Below are positions 1 to 11,700 of a stretch of DNA of 54,163 bases, in pieces. The DNA comes from a virus (taxonomy: Duplodnaviria > Caudoviricetes). The stretch covers positions 1 to 54,163 of the IMG/VR virus record IMGVR_UViG_3300021962_000139. One strand, 5' to 3'. The stretch's first letter is position 1, and each line of letters begins with the position of its first letter. The notes beneath the pieces were generated by a model that saw nothing but the letters and a program-made list of their open reading frames with translations, ran no database searches and was not told the DNA's origin. Both the position numbers and the translations under genes were made by a program.

Positions 1-2
1 TG

Positions 3-47
3 CAACGTCGTAGATTAGCAGAACACGCTTTATTAATGCGAGGATAA
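3..47 (+). CDS. 3' end of a probable phage lysozyme (endolysin), truncated by the window
   Basis: Reads QRRRLAEHALLMRG*, resembling the GLxRRRxAExxLF C-terminus of GH24 phage lysozymes; only 14 aa visible. Confidence 0.55.
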   Translation, partial: QRRRLAEHALLMRG

Positions 48-48
48 T

Positions 49-2211
49 ATGGCACTAAAAAAATTAACTTTTAAACCTGGTATTAGCAGGGATAATACAA
101 ACTATGCTAATGAAGGTGGTTGGTATGCATGTGATAAAATAAGATTCAGACAGGGGTTTCCTGAAAAAATAGGGGGTTGGCAACCTATTAACTTTGATCC
201 TTATGTAGGAAACTGTCGTGCAATATTACCTTATGGAACAACTGATGGCGCAACTCTAATTGCCCTTGGTACTAATGCTAAAGTCTATGTATTAGCAGGT
301 ACTACTTTAACTGACGTAACACCTCTTCGAGTTACTTTAACTTCTCCTGCTACAGATAATTGTTTTGAAACAACAGATACTTCTACAACAGTTTTAGTTA
401 ATATCACTGGACATGGTGCAACAACAGGCGACTTTGTAACCTTTAGTGGTTCTGGTGCAGTAGGTGGAGTACCCGCAGGTGACTTAAATAAAGAACACGA
501 GATTGTCAGAGTTGTATCAGGTAATCAATTTGAAATCATTGTTGCGACCGCAGCCACATCAACTGTAGCAGCAGGAGGTGGTACTTCTATATCTGCAGCT
601 TTTCAAATCTCTATTGGGTATGGTAGTTCAACTTATGGTTATGGTTGGGGTGCAGGAACTTGGGGACGAGGCACATGGGGTTCTGGTGCTGCAACACCTG
701 TAAATATACCTGAACGTGTTTTATTCTTAGATAAGTTTAATAATGATTTTGTATGGAATATTCAAGACGGCGAGATTTATTATTGGGAGTATGATGCTCC
801 ACTCTCTAACCGTTCTATTCCTATGGTTAATCTGCCTTTAGCTAAAGCTGTACCACAACAAGTGGGTGAAGTTCTGTTTGCCCCAAGTGGCCATCTTCTA
901 GCTATGTCTTGTACTGAATATGCAGAAACTAAAACAGCAGGTTATACTATTGTTAGTATTACTCGAACAGGCACAACAGCTACATTGACTACAGCAACAC
1001 CTCATGGTCTAGACCCATTAGACTGGGTAATATTAAGTGGTCAAGCACCACAAGCCTATCAAGGTGAATTTAGAATTATAAATACTCCTACCACAACAAC
1101 ATTTACTTTTGCTCTACCCTATGATCCAGGTTCAAGTGCTACTACCGTCGGTACTTATCAATCAATTGACTACAACGGACCTTATGATCCACTTCTTATT
1201 CGTTGGGCTAATGTTGACCCTGTAGTAGGACCTGTGCCTGAATATTGGAAACCTGAAGTAACAAACACAGCAGGGTTCTTACGATTAAAACAAGGTTCTA
1301 ATATTGTAGGTGCCTTTAGAACACGACAAGAAGTTCTTGTATTTACTGACATAGCTTTATCTACATTACAATTTTTAGCTACAGAAGAAGTCTTTGGTGT
1401 TCAAGAAATATCTAATGCAATTAATATTGCAGGGCCCAACGTAATAGCCGAAGCAAATAACACAGTATTCTGGATGGGTAATGATAAGTTCTTCATGTAC
1501 GACGGTCGAGTCAATACTTTACCTTGTACTTTAAAACAGTATGTGTTTGATGATATGAATAGAGGACAAAGTAACTTATTCTTTGCTGGAGTCAATAGTG
1601 AGTTTAATGAAATTATTTGGTTCTATTGTTCAGAGAATGCTGTTCGTATTGACAGATATGTTATCTATAATTATCAAGAACAAATTTGGTACTATGGTAA
1701 TTTAAATAGATCAGCATGGGTTGATTCTTCTGTAGTTAAATACCCACTTGCAGCAAGTACGGGTTATATTTATCAACATGAAAATGGTAACGATGATGGT
1801 CAACCAAAAGGAGCTGCTCCACTTCCTATTAATGCCTATATACAATCTTCAGATATGGCTATTGAAGACGGAGATAACTTCATCTTAACAAAACGAGTCA
1901 TTCCAGATGTGAACTTTATTAACTCTGATACGACTAATTCAGTGACAGGAGCAGCATTAACTCCAGAAGTACAGATGACTGTAGGTGTACGTAACTTCCC
2001 AGGTGCTGCTAATTCAACTTCTGATGTTGCAGGTAATACTTTATCTCGTGATGTTATTACTACAGCAACGATTGACCAATATACTAATCAAGTCTTTGTA
2101 AGAGCACGTGGTCGTCAAATGAACTTTAGAATTGCATCAAGTGATGTAGGTGTTCAATGGCAGTTGGGTGCTACTCGTGTTGACTTTAGACCTGATGGAA
2201 GGAGAGGATAA
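49..2211 (+). CDS. Virion tail hub / DNA-stabilisation protein (P22 gp10-like)
   Basis: 720 aa, beta-rich; N-terminal motif GGWYACDKIRFRQGFPEKIGGW; C-terminal RARGRQMNFRI; lies before the ejection genes. Confidence 0.6.
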   Translation: MALKKLTFKPGISRDNTNYANEGGWYACDKIRFRQGFPEKIGGWQPINFDPYVGNCRAILPYGTTDGATLIALGTNAKVYVLAGTTLTDVTPLRVTLTSPATDNCFETTDTSTTVLVNITGHGATTGDFVTFSGSGAVGGVPAGDLNKEHEIVRVVSGNQFEIIVATAATSTVAAGGGTSISAAFQISIGYGSSTYGYGWGAGTWGRGTWGSGAATPVNIPERVLFLDKFNNDFVWNIQDGEIYYWEYDAPLSNRSIPMVNLPLAKAVPQQVGEVLFAPSGHLLAMSCTEYAETKTAGYTIVSITRTGTTATLTTATPHGLDPLDWVILSGQAPQAYQGEFRIINTPTTTTFTFALPYDPGSSATTVGTYQSIDYNGPYDPLLIRWANVDPVVGPVPEYWKPEVTNTAGFLRLKQGSNIVGAFRTRQEVLVFTDIALSTLQFLATEEVFGVQEISNAINIAGPNVIAEANNTVFWMGNDKFFMYDGRVNTLPCTLKQYVFDDMNRGQSNLFFAGVNSEFNEIIWFYCSENAVRIDRYVIYNYQEQIWYYGNLNRSAWVDSSVVKYPLAASTGYIYQHENGNDDGQPKGAAPLPINAYIQSSDMAIEDGDNFILTKRVIPDVNFINSDTTNSVTGAALTPEVQMTVGVRNFPGAANSTSDVAGNTLSRDVITTATIDQYTNQVFVRARGRQMNFRIASSDVGVQWQLGATRVDFRPDGRRG

Positions 2212-2396
2212 TGGCTCATATCCCTACAACTAAAGCCCCTAACTTAGCTAATCCTAATGTAGAATATCAAAGAGATCAAATGCTACAATTAGTTAATCAA
2301 TTAAGATTATATTTTAACCAAGTTGATGGTACCAATAATCAAGTTATTACTAATTTAGACGGACTAACAACATTACACTGGTTGGGAGATTATTAA
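2211..2396 (+). CDS. Small virion-associated protein
   Basis: Coupled by TAATG overlap; QLRLYFNQVD helix; structural operon. Confidence 0.6.
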   Translation: MAHIPTTKAPNLANPNVEYQRDQMLQLVNQLRLYFNQVDGTNNQVITNLDGLTTLHWLGDY

Positions 2397-2731
2397 TGGC
2401 ATTTCAATTTGTTACTCCTATTTTATTAGCCCAAGCTGAGATGACGACAGATTACTTAGCAGTTTATACCGTGCCTGCTAACACAAGAACTTATGTTAAA
2501 GATATTACTATTGCTAATACTACAGCGTCCACGATACGAATCTATGTGAGCTTAGTCCCAGATCAAGGCACACCAGGGGCTTCTAATGCTTTGTTTTATA
2601 ATACAATTTTACCAGCTTATACTGTTGTACAATGGACAGGAGCTCAAATATTAAATACATCAGGCACAGTCCAAGTTAAAGCCTCAGCGGCAGGATGCAC
2701 TGTTAATGTAACAGGAGGAGAGGCTCAATGA
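2396..2731 (+). CDS. Small beta-rich structural protein
   Basis: Coupled ORF; YTVPANTRTYVKDITIANT pattern typical of phage tail accessory proteins. Confidence 0.6.
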   Translation: MAFQFVTPILLAQAEMTTDYLAVYTVPANTRTYVKDITIANTTASTIRIYVSLVPDQGTPGASNALFYNTILPAYTVVQWTGAQILNTSGTVQVKASAAGCTVNVTGGEAQ

Positions 2732-4206
2732 CCATAACTTTTTATCCAGGTAAACCAGAGTCACAGATAGCAACACTTACAACTGCATTTGGAGAACCGA
2801 TTGCAGTTCCTATTTCACCCGTTATTCAACTTGATGGTATTTATGGATTAGATAATAGAAAGTTTCAAACTTTTACTGCAAGTACAGGTGCTGTTTCTGC
2901 TAATGGAGTTATGCGTTGCGAAACAGGAACAGGAGCTTATGGTTACGGTGTGATAAGATCTTTACGAGTATTACGCTATAGACCCGGTCAAGGAGCATTA
3001 ACAAGGTTCACAGCAAAGTTTACAACTGGTACAGCTAATTACACACAACGAGCTGGTTTCTTTCAACAAGAAGGTGCATTACAGATTGGTTATAATGGGA
3101 CTAGTTTTGGTGTATTACAATCTGCGGGTAAAGCATCTATTGTAGAATTTACTATTACAGCAGCAGCTTCAGGATCAGAAACAGTTACAGTTACCTTAAA
3201 TGGAACAGCTTACAATGTTGCAGTGACTTCTGGAACGATTGCTTTTAACACATCACAACTTGGTGTTGATACTTATGCTGGATGGACTACTTCTTATTAT
3301 GATGACAAACTTAGATTTGTAAGAACATCTAATGGTCCTACAGCAGGTGCTTTTAGTATTACTAGTACAGGTACTTTAACTGCTTCTGCGGTTACTTCAT
3401 TACAAACTGGAGTTACGACTGTTGATACTTGGACACCACAATCAAGTTTTAATATAGATAAATTAGATGGAACAGGTCCGTCTGGTATGATACTAGACCC
3501 TACTAAATATAATGTCTATCAGATTGATTTTAGATGGTTAGGAGCAGGGGTTATTAGTTTTGCTATAGAAGACCAAACAACAGGACAAGTAGTTTACTTC
3601 CATAAGATACACTATGTTAATCAAAATACCACTTTGCATATGGACAGTCCAACGTATAGAATTGGATATGTTGCTGCTGATTTAACAGGAGGTGGTGGAA
3701 CCAATGTTGTAGTTGAAGGGGGTTCTATGATGGGAGCTATTGAAGGATTGATTACCCCTACTTCTTATCCAGTTGCTTGTTATGGAGAACGAACAACAAG
3801 TTTAAGTTCAGGGAATTATGGTCATATTATAACCGTTAAAAATGATATTGTTGATAATGATAAAATTAATACTAGAGAACTCATTATACAAAAAATATCA
3901 GTAGGTGCAACTGCTGCTGCATCTAACCCTTGTACAGTATTCTTATATTTAAACCCAACTTATTCTGCTAATTTAGAATGGGAGCTTGTAAGAGAAAGTA
4001 TTTTATGTTCAGACACAGACGGAACTATTACCGCAGCTAACTTTGTACCTTTAGCAGCATTTGCTATTACTTCTGGTGCTCCGGCTACCATTGATGTATC
4101 TGATTTACGAATTGTGATTCCGCCTAATAATAGTATAGGTATGGCTATTGAGTCATCTGGACTATTACAAACAGTGCAAGGGACTATTACTTTTATTGAG
4201 GACTAA
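2728..4206 (+). CDS. Putative tail fibre/spike-associated structural protein
   Basis: 492 aa, T/G/S-rich beta protein; AGGAGGAG RBS; ATGA overlap. Confidence 0.5.
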   Translation: MTITFYPGKPESQIATLTTAFGEPIAVPISPVIQLDGIYGLDNRKFQTFTASTGAVSANGVMRCETGTGAYGYGVIRSLRVLRYRPGQGALTRFTAKFTTGTANYTQRAGFFQQEGALQIGYNGTSFGVLQSAGKASIVEFTITAAASGSETVTVTLNGTAYNVAVTSGTIAFNTSQLGVDTYAGWTTSYYDDKLRFVRTSNGPTAGAFSITSTGTLTASAVTSLQTGVTTVDTWTPQSSFNIDKLDGTGPSGMILDPTKYNVYQIDFRWLGAGVISFAIEDQTTGQVVYFHKIHYVNQNTTLHMDSPTYRIGYVAADLTGGGGTNVVVEGGSMMGAIEGLITPTSYPVACYGERTTSLSSGNYGHIITVKNDIVDNDKINTRELIIQKISVGATAAASNPCTVFLYLNPTYSANLEWELVRESILCSDTDGTITAANFVPLAAFAITSGAPATIDVSDLRIVIPPNNSIGMAIESSGLLQTVQGTITFIED

Positions 4207-4284
4207 TTATGGCTAATACCGCTACAAAACGGTTTATACATAACACAAAACATGATATTATACAAATTATTATAGGAACTTATT

Positions 4285-5700
4285 ATGGGCATAGGTAGAA
4301 TATTAAAAACAGCAGCTCCAATAGCCGCAGGGTATTTTGCCCCTGCCAGTATGTTTGGCGGTGCTTTAGGTGCTACGGGTAGCGCTATTGCCACAGGTGC
4401 ATTTACAGGTGCTGGTATTGCTGCGTTATCTGGTGATGATATACTCGGAGGCGCTTTTACTGGTGGACTAGGTGGTATGTCTGGAGGAAGCCTTCAATCT
4501 GCCTTTGGTCCAGGTGCTGTAGCACAAGCACCTACAGTGCCTACATCTCAATTAAACGCAAATGCTCTAAAAGCAGCAACAGATGTTACTGGAAAAAACT
4601 TATTACAAGGTGCTCAAAATGTAGGGATACCAGGTGATTTAGGTTCAATAAACACATCAAATATAATTGGACAAGGCGTACCTTCGTCTGGATTTGGTGT
4701 TAATTTAGGAAAACAAACTGCTGGCACTTTAGGATCATCAGCAGGCAACGAATTTTTAAATGTAGGAGCTCCAGGTATTACTAGTACACGGGGAATAGAT
4801 TTGTCTCCATTGGCAACTCAATCAACAGCTCCAGTAGGAACAGATTTTATGTCTGGAGTTAATAGGCTTGGTGGTGGTAATACAGCAATGGGCATGGGTA
4901 AATTAGGTATTATGGGATTAGGTGTTGCTGGCGGAGCAGGTGCATTTGATCCTGAACCTATTAAATTAAGTGATAGCAGAGATAAATATGACCCTAACGC
5001 TAGATTAGATCTAAGCATGGACACAGGCATTGATAAAGCTTTAAGACGGGATACAGGGTTACGTTTAATAGCACAAGGTGGACCTATTAAAAAATATCAA
5101 ATTGGTGGTATAGCAGGATTAGGTCAACCTGCAGCTCCTCCACCTAAATACGGAATCATTGATGTCGGTGGTAAATTTGTAGAAACAAGTGATAAACCTG
5201 GACCTGGTTTAATTAGTGACTCTGATTTTAAAGAACAATATCAAACTACTACAGCAGAAAAAAACCAACAAGGCGGTGGTGGCGGTGGTATGGATCCTAA
5301 TTTAGCTCCAGGCGGACAAGGTGCTGATGATAAAGGTATGAATCCAGGAGCTCTTTCTGCATTAGCAGCAGGGTTTGCTCAACAACAAATGAATCCTCCT
5401 ACTAAATCACAAACTTTAGGTTTATCCTCACTAGCTGGTGGTGGATATTTAGAAACAGGTGGTGAAGTAGGCGATGGTATGTCTGATGAAATTGAGGCTA
5501 CTATTGAAGGCGAACAAGAAGCTCGTTTGTCAGATGGTGAATTTGTAATACCTGCAGATGTGGTCAGCCATTTAGGTAATGGTTCATCTGATGCAGGGGC
5601 TAGACGTCTTTATGAAATGATGGATAAAGTTCGTATGGCAAGAACAGGAAATAAGCAACAAGGCAAAGAGATTAAGCCAGAAAGGTATATGCCGGCTTAA
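4285..5700 (+). CDS. Internal virion / DNA ejection protein
   Basis: Gly/Ala-rich hydrophobic N-terminus; C-terminal GDGMSDEI...ARLSDGEFVIPADVV motif; position. Confidence 0.6.
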   Translation: MGIGRILKTAAPIAAGYFAPASMFGGALGATGSAIATGAFTGAGIAALSGDDILGGAFTGGLGGMSGGSLQSAFGPGAVAQAPTVPTSQLNANALKAATDVTGKNLLQGAQNVGIPGDLGSINTSNIIGQGVPSSGFGVNLGKQTAGTLGSSAGNEFLNVGAPGITSTRGIDLSPLATQSTAPVGTDFMSGVNRLGGGNTAMGMGKLGIMGLGVAGGAGAFDPEPIKLSDSRDKYDPNARLDLSMDTGIDKALRRDTGLRLIAQGGPIKKYQIGGIAGLGQPAAPPPKYGIIDVGGKFVETSDKPGPGLISDSDFKEQYQTTTAEKNQQGGGGGGMDPNLAPGGQGADDKGMNPGALSALAAGFAQQQMNPPTKSQTLGLSSLAGGGYLETGGEVGDGMSDEIEATIEGEQEARLSDGEFVIPADVVSHLGNGSSDAGARRLYEMMDKVRMARTGNKQQGKEIKPERYMPA

Positions 5701-6122
5701 TGCAAGTAACGTGGGTTCCTACAGAACATATTGAGATGGTATGGCCTAGTATAAAAGATTATATGAAGGGCGCTGCTGATTTTACTTATGGCAGATTTAC
5801 TGAAGAAGATATAAAACAACAGCTATTACAAAAGCAACACCTGCAACAATTGTGGGTAGCTTTTGAAGATTTTGAAAACGTTTATGGTGCAGTGGTTACA
5901 GAGATTTCTCAGTATCCACAAATAAGAGCACTGATAATGCATTTTACAGGTGGTAAACAACTGCCTAAATGGAAAAAACCAATGCTGGAAGTTTTACAGC
6001 AGTTTGCTCGTGATAATGAATGTAATATAATAGAATCATATGGCAGACCGGGTTGGGAAAAAGTATTTAAAAAAGATGGATATGAACAAAAGTTCATATT
6101 TTACGAATTACCTGTGGAGTAA
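5700..6122 (+). CDS. GNAT-like (acetyltransferase-fold) virion assembly protein
   Basis: 140 aa between ejection genes; ESYGRPGWEKV motif; same position as podovirus gp13-like proteins. Confidence 0.5.
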   Translation: MQVTWVPTEHIEMVWPSIKDYMKGAADFTYGRFTEEDIKQQLLQKQHLQQLWVAFEDFENVYGAVVTEISQYPQIRALIMHFTGGKQLPKWKKPMLEVLQQFARDNECNIIESYGRPGWEKVFKKDGYEQKFIFYELPVE

Positions 6123-6128
6123 ATAACT

Positions 6129-7295
6129 ATGTGGTTACATAAAATTTTTTGGAATATATGTACTGGTTTTACCGAGTACCTTACATTCTATAAAGGTGGT
6201 AAAGGGGGAGGCGGTGGCGGTGCACAGACTTCTACTTCTTATTCTACTAACTTACCTGAATATGCTAAACCTTTTTACGAAGAACTATTAAAACAGTCTG
6301 GTAAGCAGATTTACGAAACTGATGCTGATGGCAAAGTAACTGGTGTCAAACAATTCCAACCTTATACTGGCGATAGACTAGCCGACTTTACTCCAGAACA
6401 ACAACAAGTACAAACAGAAGCTTTAGGCATGACTACACCTGGTGGGTTTCAAACCGCTGCAGGTACATTAGGTACAGTTGGGGGTCAAGCAGGTGCAGCG
6501 TCTCAATTAGGTTTAACAAGAGCCTTTGGTTATACTCCAATTCAATATACTCCGGGTACAGCTACAACAGGAACATTTGATACAGCAGCGGCTCAACAAT
6601 ATATGTCTCCATATACACAAGCGGTTACTGATGTTCAAAAACGTGAAGCTCGTCGTCAAGCAGATATTGCTGCAAATAGAGCGGCAATGGGTTCTATTGG
6701 ACGTGGTACTTTTGGTGGTGGACGTGAAGCATTAATGACAGGCGAAACAGAAAGAGGTACTCAACAACTATTAGCTGATATTCAAGCTAAAGGTGACCAA
6801 GCAGCGTACGAACAAGCTATGCAAGCATTCCAAGCTGACCAAACAAGGGGACTGCAAGCCCAACAAACTAATATACAATCGGGATTACAAGCGGCTGAAT
6901 TAGGTCAACAAGGTCAACAGTTTAGTGCCGGACTAGGTAAAGATGTAGGGTTAGCTGGTTTACAAACAGGTCTTGAAACAGGTAAAGCGACTGGTGCATT
7001 AAGTGCCACAGAGCAAATGGCAAACCTAGAAAGATTAAAAGCACAAGCTGCAACTGCAGGGGAAAGACAAGCATTAGAACAAGAACAGCTTAATTTAGCA
7101 TATCAACAGTTTATGGATGAACAAAATTATCAACGTAGTTTACTTGAGTATCAATCAGGTATTCTTCGTGGTAATGCTGCAGCTTTAGGTTCAACACAAG
7201 TACAATATGCTCCAGCACCAAGTCTTGCATCTCAAATTGGTGGTTTAGGTTTAGCAGGATTAGGGCTATACAATATTTTAGGTAATAAGGCTTAA
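6129..7295 (+). CDS. DNA ejection / pilot protein
   Basis: Poly-Gly N-terminus, Q/A-rich coiled coil, YMSPY and GTFGGGR motifs, hydrophobic C-terminus. Confidence 0.6.
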   Translation: MWLHKIFWNICTGFTEYLTFYKGGKGGGGGGAQTSTSYSTNLPEYAKPFYEELLKQSGKQIYETDADGKVTGVKQFQPYTGDRLADFTPEQQQVQTEALGMTTPGGFQTAAGTLGTVGGQAGAASQLGLTRAFGYTPIQYTPGTATTGTFDTAAAQQYMSPYTQAVTDVQKREARRQADIAANRAAMGSIGRGTFGGGREALMTGETERGTQQLLADIQAKGDQAAYEQAMQAFQADQTRGLQAQQTNIQSGLQAAELGQQGQQFSAGLGKDVGLAGLQTGLETGKATGALSATEQMANLERLKAQAATAGERQALEQEQLNLAYQQFMDEQNYQRSLLEYQSGILRGNAAALGSTQVQYAPAPSLASQIGGLGLAGLGLYNILGNKA

Positions 7296-7297
7296 TT

Positions 7298-8746
7298 ATG
7301 AATATTATCCAGATACAAGACAGACTTAAAGGTATGCCTAAAGAGGCTATTGTTCAATATGTACAAAATCCTACTGGCGATGTTCCTACGTACTTAGCTC
7401 TAGGTGAACTAGAACGTCGTAAAACGATGGAGAATAAATATAATGCAATGAAGTCCGAAGCTTCATCAGTTGCTGAACAAATCGTTGAAGAAAATATGCC
7501 GATGGGCTTAGCCTCTATGCCAACTCAAGATATGATGCCTCCTGAATCTGGTGTAGGAGCTCCTCAACCTCAACCCGAACCTACTCCTGATCAACTGACA
7601 GCAAGTGGTATTGGTGCATTGCCTGTACCTGAAGGTAACTTTGCTGAAGGTGGCGTTGTTGCATTTGGTTACGGTGGTAAAGTTAAAGATTTTATTTTTG
7701 GAAAACCTGCTTCAAAACAAATTAAGAAACCTTCAACAACATTTGATACAGATACACGTAATTTACCCTCTGTATTAGAAGACGTACCTGGCACTAAAAA
7801 TATATTATCAAGAAATCCTAAAAAATCACTAATACTTGGTGGTGCAGGTGCCTACTATATGTTAAATGATAAAGGTGAACCAGAATCAGTTAGTGATGAA
7901 GAAGTAGCTGCAATGCAAATTGATCCTGCAATTTTAGGTGGTGTACAAAATACAAGTAATTATGATGATTCAATTCCTAAGTATAATTTACCTACTATTG
8001 ATAATCCTATGGCTTATGGCAAAGATAGAATGAGTATGTATCGTGAAATGATAGGTGAAGATACAATGACACCACGATTACAAAAACGATTAGAGGATAT
8101 GGAAGGCAGGATTGAAAGTCGTGAAGACTTAGCTCCCTGGATGGCTGCGACTAAAGCAGGATTTGCTATCGCTGCTGGGGATTCTCCGTTTGCATTAAAA
8201 AATATAGCTAGCGGTGCAGGTGTAGGTATAGAAGATTATGGTCAATCAATTAAAGATATTGAAGCTTTACGTAACCAAGTATTTGATATTGATACTGAAA
8301 TACTTAAAGCCAAACGTGCTGAAGATGTAGCTATTGCATCTAAAGGTATTGATAGTGTTGAAGCAGCTGAAGCTCATAATAGAACTATGCAGCTTGAAGA
8401 AATTAAACTACAAGAATCAGCAAGAGAAAGACAAAAAGATCTTGAAGTTGCTAGAATTGGTTCTACTGTATATGGCTACAATACTGGTAAAGGTATCTTA
8501 GAAGCTGAAAAAATGATAGCAGCAAATAAAACAATGCAAGACTTAGAAGTAGAAAAACAAAACTTAATAAGACCTCCACAAACTACAGAAAAGTTAGAAA
8601 GATTAAGACAAATTAAAATAGAGCAAGACAAAATACGAAGTAACGTTTATCGTAACTTGGGCTTAACTCAACAACCTCACCCAGATGATACAGTAGCTAA
8701 AACAGGTAAGTCTGAAAGTTGGGGTGAGTTAACTGTTTCTGAATAA
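7298..8746 (+). CDS. Internal virion protein
   Basis: 482 aa, helical, in the ejection cluster; FAEGGVVAF motif. Confidence 0.55.
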   Translation: MNIIQIQDRLKGMPKEAIVQYVQNPTGDVPTYLALGELERRKTMENKYNAMKSEASSVAEQIVEENMPMGLASMPTQDMMPPESGVGAPQPQPEPTPDQLTASGIGALPVPEGNFAEGGVVAFGYGGKVKDFIFGKPASKQIKKPSTTFDTDTRNLPSVLEDVPGTKNILSRNPKKSLILGGAGAYYMLNDKGEPESVSDEEVAAMQIDPAILGGVQNTSNYDDSIPKYNLPTIDNPMAYGKDRMSMYREMIGEDTMTPRLQKRLEDMEGRIESREDLAPWMAATKAGFAIAAGDSPFALKNIASGAGVGIEDYGQSIKDIEALRNQVFDIDTEILKAKRAEDVAIASKGIDSVEAAEAHNRTMQLEEIKLQESARERQKDLEVARIGSTVYGYNTGKGILEAEKMIAANKTMQDLEVEKQNLIRPPQTTEKLERLRQIKIEQDKIRSNVYRNLGLTQQPHPDDTVAKTGKSESWGELTVSE

Positions 8747-8755
8747 GGATAAATA

Positions 8756-11700
8756 ATGCCTTTATACAGCATAAAAGGGCCTGATGGCAAAACATACTCT
8801 ATACAAGGTCCTGCAGGTGCATCACGTGAACAGGTAATACAAGCTATTCAAGAAAAGCAATCTCAACCACAACAACCTCAACAACCACAACAACCACAAC
8901 AACCACAACAACCTGGTCAATTACCAGAAGATGCTCCAGATTTTACTCGTGGATTAAAACAATATGTAAATCAATACCAAGGTATTTATGGTGCTTCTAA
9001 AGTTCTTGCAGGTAAAGTAGCTAATTCTGATGAATTAATCAAAAGTGGCGTTAAAGATATGCAAGAGTCAGAGAAAAAAGTTGCAGCTACTGGCACTAAA
9101 CCTACTGATGAATTTACAGAAGCTTGGGAAAGAGGTATTGGCTCAGTATTGACAGACTTTGTACCTTACGTAGCTGGACAAGGTGTTGGTATGATTGGGG
9201 AAGCTTTAATAACATCTATAGCTGGAGGAGCAGCAGGGTCATTAATAGGACCTGAAGGTACAGTAGGTGGAGCAGTATCAGGTCTTTTAGCTAAAAATAT
9301 AGTTAAAAAAGGATTAAAAGAAGCAGCAGAAGAAATAGCAAAATCAGAAGGACGAGACGCAGCAAAAGATTTTGTTGAAAAAGAAGCGGCAAAACGATCA
9401 CAAGAATACCTAGCCTCTGATGTAGGTCGAGCAGAAATTAAAAAAATATTTAGAAAATCAGGTAGTAATATTGCATTATATGGTATGGCTGGTAAATTTG
9501 GTGCTGGTGAAGTTACAGGTAGAGCTGTTGATGAAGCCATTGCTAATATAAAAGACCCTAACGAACAACTTCAAAAAATTAAAGAATTAAGTACTAGTAA
9601 ATTAGCTGCATTAAGTACTGCTCATGCATTTGCAGACTATATAGGTTTAAAAATTGGTTTAGGTTCTTTAGATAAATTAGCTAAGCCTACACAAGATTGG
9701 TTACTAAATGTTGCTAAGAATGTTGGTGTTACGGGTTTAAAAGAGGGTACAGTTGAAGCTTTACAAACTATATTAGAGCGAGAAGGAGCTAATCTACCTT
9801 TAAATGATAAAGCTGCAATCAAAGAATATATTAACGCTGCTGCAGCTGGCTTTGCAATGCCAATTATACCTGCTACTATTGGTGGACTTAGAACACCAAA
9901 AACTCCTACTAATCCTACTCCTGATGATATTAATGTAGATTTAAGTGGTGATCCTAAAGGACCAGAACCTTCACCAACTCCTACTGAACCATCAGATAGA
10001 AAAGGGTGGAAATACACTGATGAAGAAATTAAACGCCGTGACAAAATAGTACAAGAACAAGAAAAAATTAATCTTGATAAAGATAAGGTTGATGTTGATT
10101 TAGACGACGCTGATGCTAGAATGAAAGCATTAATAGCACCGGAAGAAGTAACAAAAGAAACTATAGAAAAAGATTATGAGTTGCCACCTTATTCAGAAGT
10201 AGATCAGGCTTTACAGGAGACACAAGATGTTACATATGTATCAGGAACTGAAGGACCTATCAATAAAACAGATAGAGGAGGCCTTCCTATATCTAGACAG
10301 AAACTTAGACAGCAACGAGCCAAGACCGATACCGCAAACGTTGAAGAAGTTGTCGGAACTACAGTGGATAGCACTACAAATAATGTTATCGGAGTTACTC
10401 CAGGAGAAGGAAGAACACTCGCTGAACTAGGTCCAGTTCCTTATGGATATGATAGGATTCAAGTAGGTATTAAAGAAATTGTTACTGGAAAAAGAGCTGA
10501 CGGTAAAAACCTAATACAAAAAGAACCTGTATTTGTAGATAGACCTAAAAAAGATTTTGTTTCTGAACCATATCAATATAGCCTTCCATTAGGTGAAGAT
10601 CAGAATAACATATATCGAAACCAGTTATTAAAATATTATAATCTATCAAGTTTACAAACAAAATATGAGCCATCTAAATTACCCTATGCACTTACACCAG
10701 CTGCATTAGAAGAAACAGATAGAATATATACAAGTATATTAGAAACAAATGGTAAGCCAGCTGCAGATAGGTATTTAGAAAATAAACGTAATAGCAGTGC
10801 GCTATTTAATCAAACAGACATAGATACTAAATCTCCAAAAGTACAAGGTGAAGTTACTCCGTCAATATATGCTACAAATAATAGAGACAATGCTAGAACC
10901 TATATGGTTAAAAATAATATAGAAGCAGACTACTATATAGATACTGAAGAAACTTCTGATGGTAAAATAATTGCATACACTGTTAAACCTAGAGTCACTT
11001 TAAATAATTTACAACCCGCTACTATTGCAGACTTTTTAATAAGAGATAAAGGAAAGAATTTAAATAAATTTACTAACCCTTTAGAGTTTTCAAAAAGACC
11101 TACTGAAACACAAGTAAAAAATCTACTTCAAACTAAATTAAATACAGAACAATTTAATCAAGTTAATAAACCAGGTATCCTAAAACAAATAACTAAACAG
11201 TTTGAAGATAGAAGTTCTGACCAAGCAGATGGAGCTACACCAACACAAGAGAAAAAAGCAAGATTAAGTAGAGAATTAGAGTTTGATATAAGGGTTTCAA
11301 ATTTACCTGATTATCAAAAGTTTATCGAAAAAGTAAAAAATATAGGTGCTACAATACCTAGTTTCTTAAAAACAGGAGCTGTGTTTAATTCAAAAACTCA
11401 TCCTATTAATGGCGCACGTTCAATTGATGACATAATTAAAGCAGCTATAGGCGATTATATTTATGAAGAAGCATCAGATGTAACAGATTCATATAGTACT
11501 TTTCCTAATAATAATACCAAAATTGATAAAGCTAGACGTAAAAAGTTTAGAGATGAATTTATTAATTCTCCCATACTAGAAGAATATTTGACTCGTTCAG
11601 ATGAATATGACTCTATTGACGCAATTAAAAATGATGTTGAAGCATTTAAAAAACAAATTGCAAAAGGTACAAAATATGTAGAAAGTTTAGATGGTAATAA

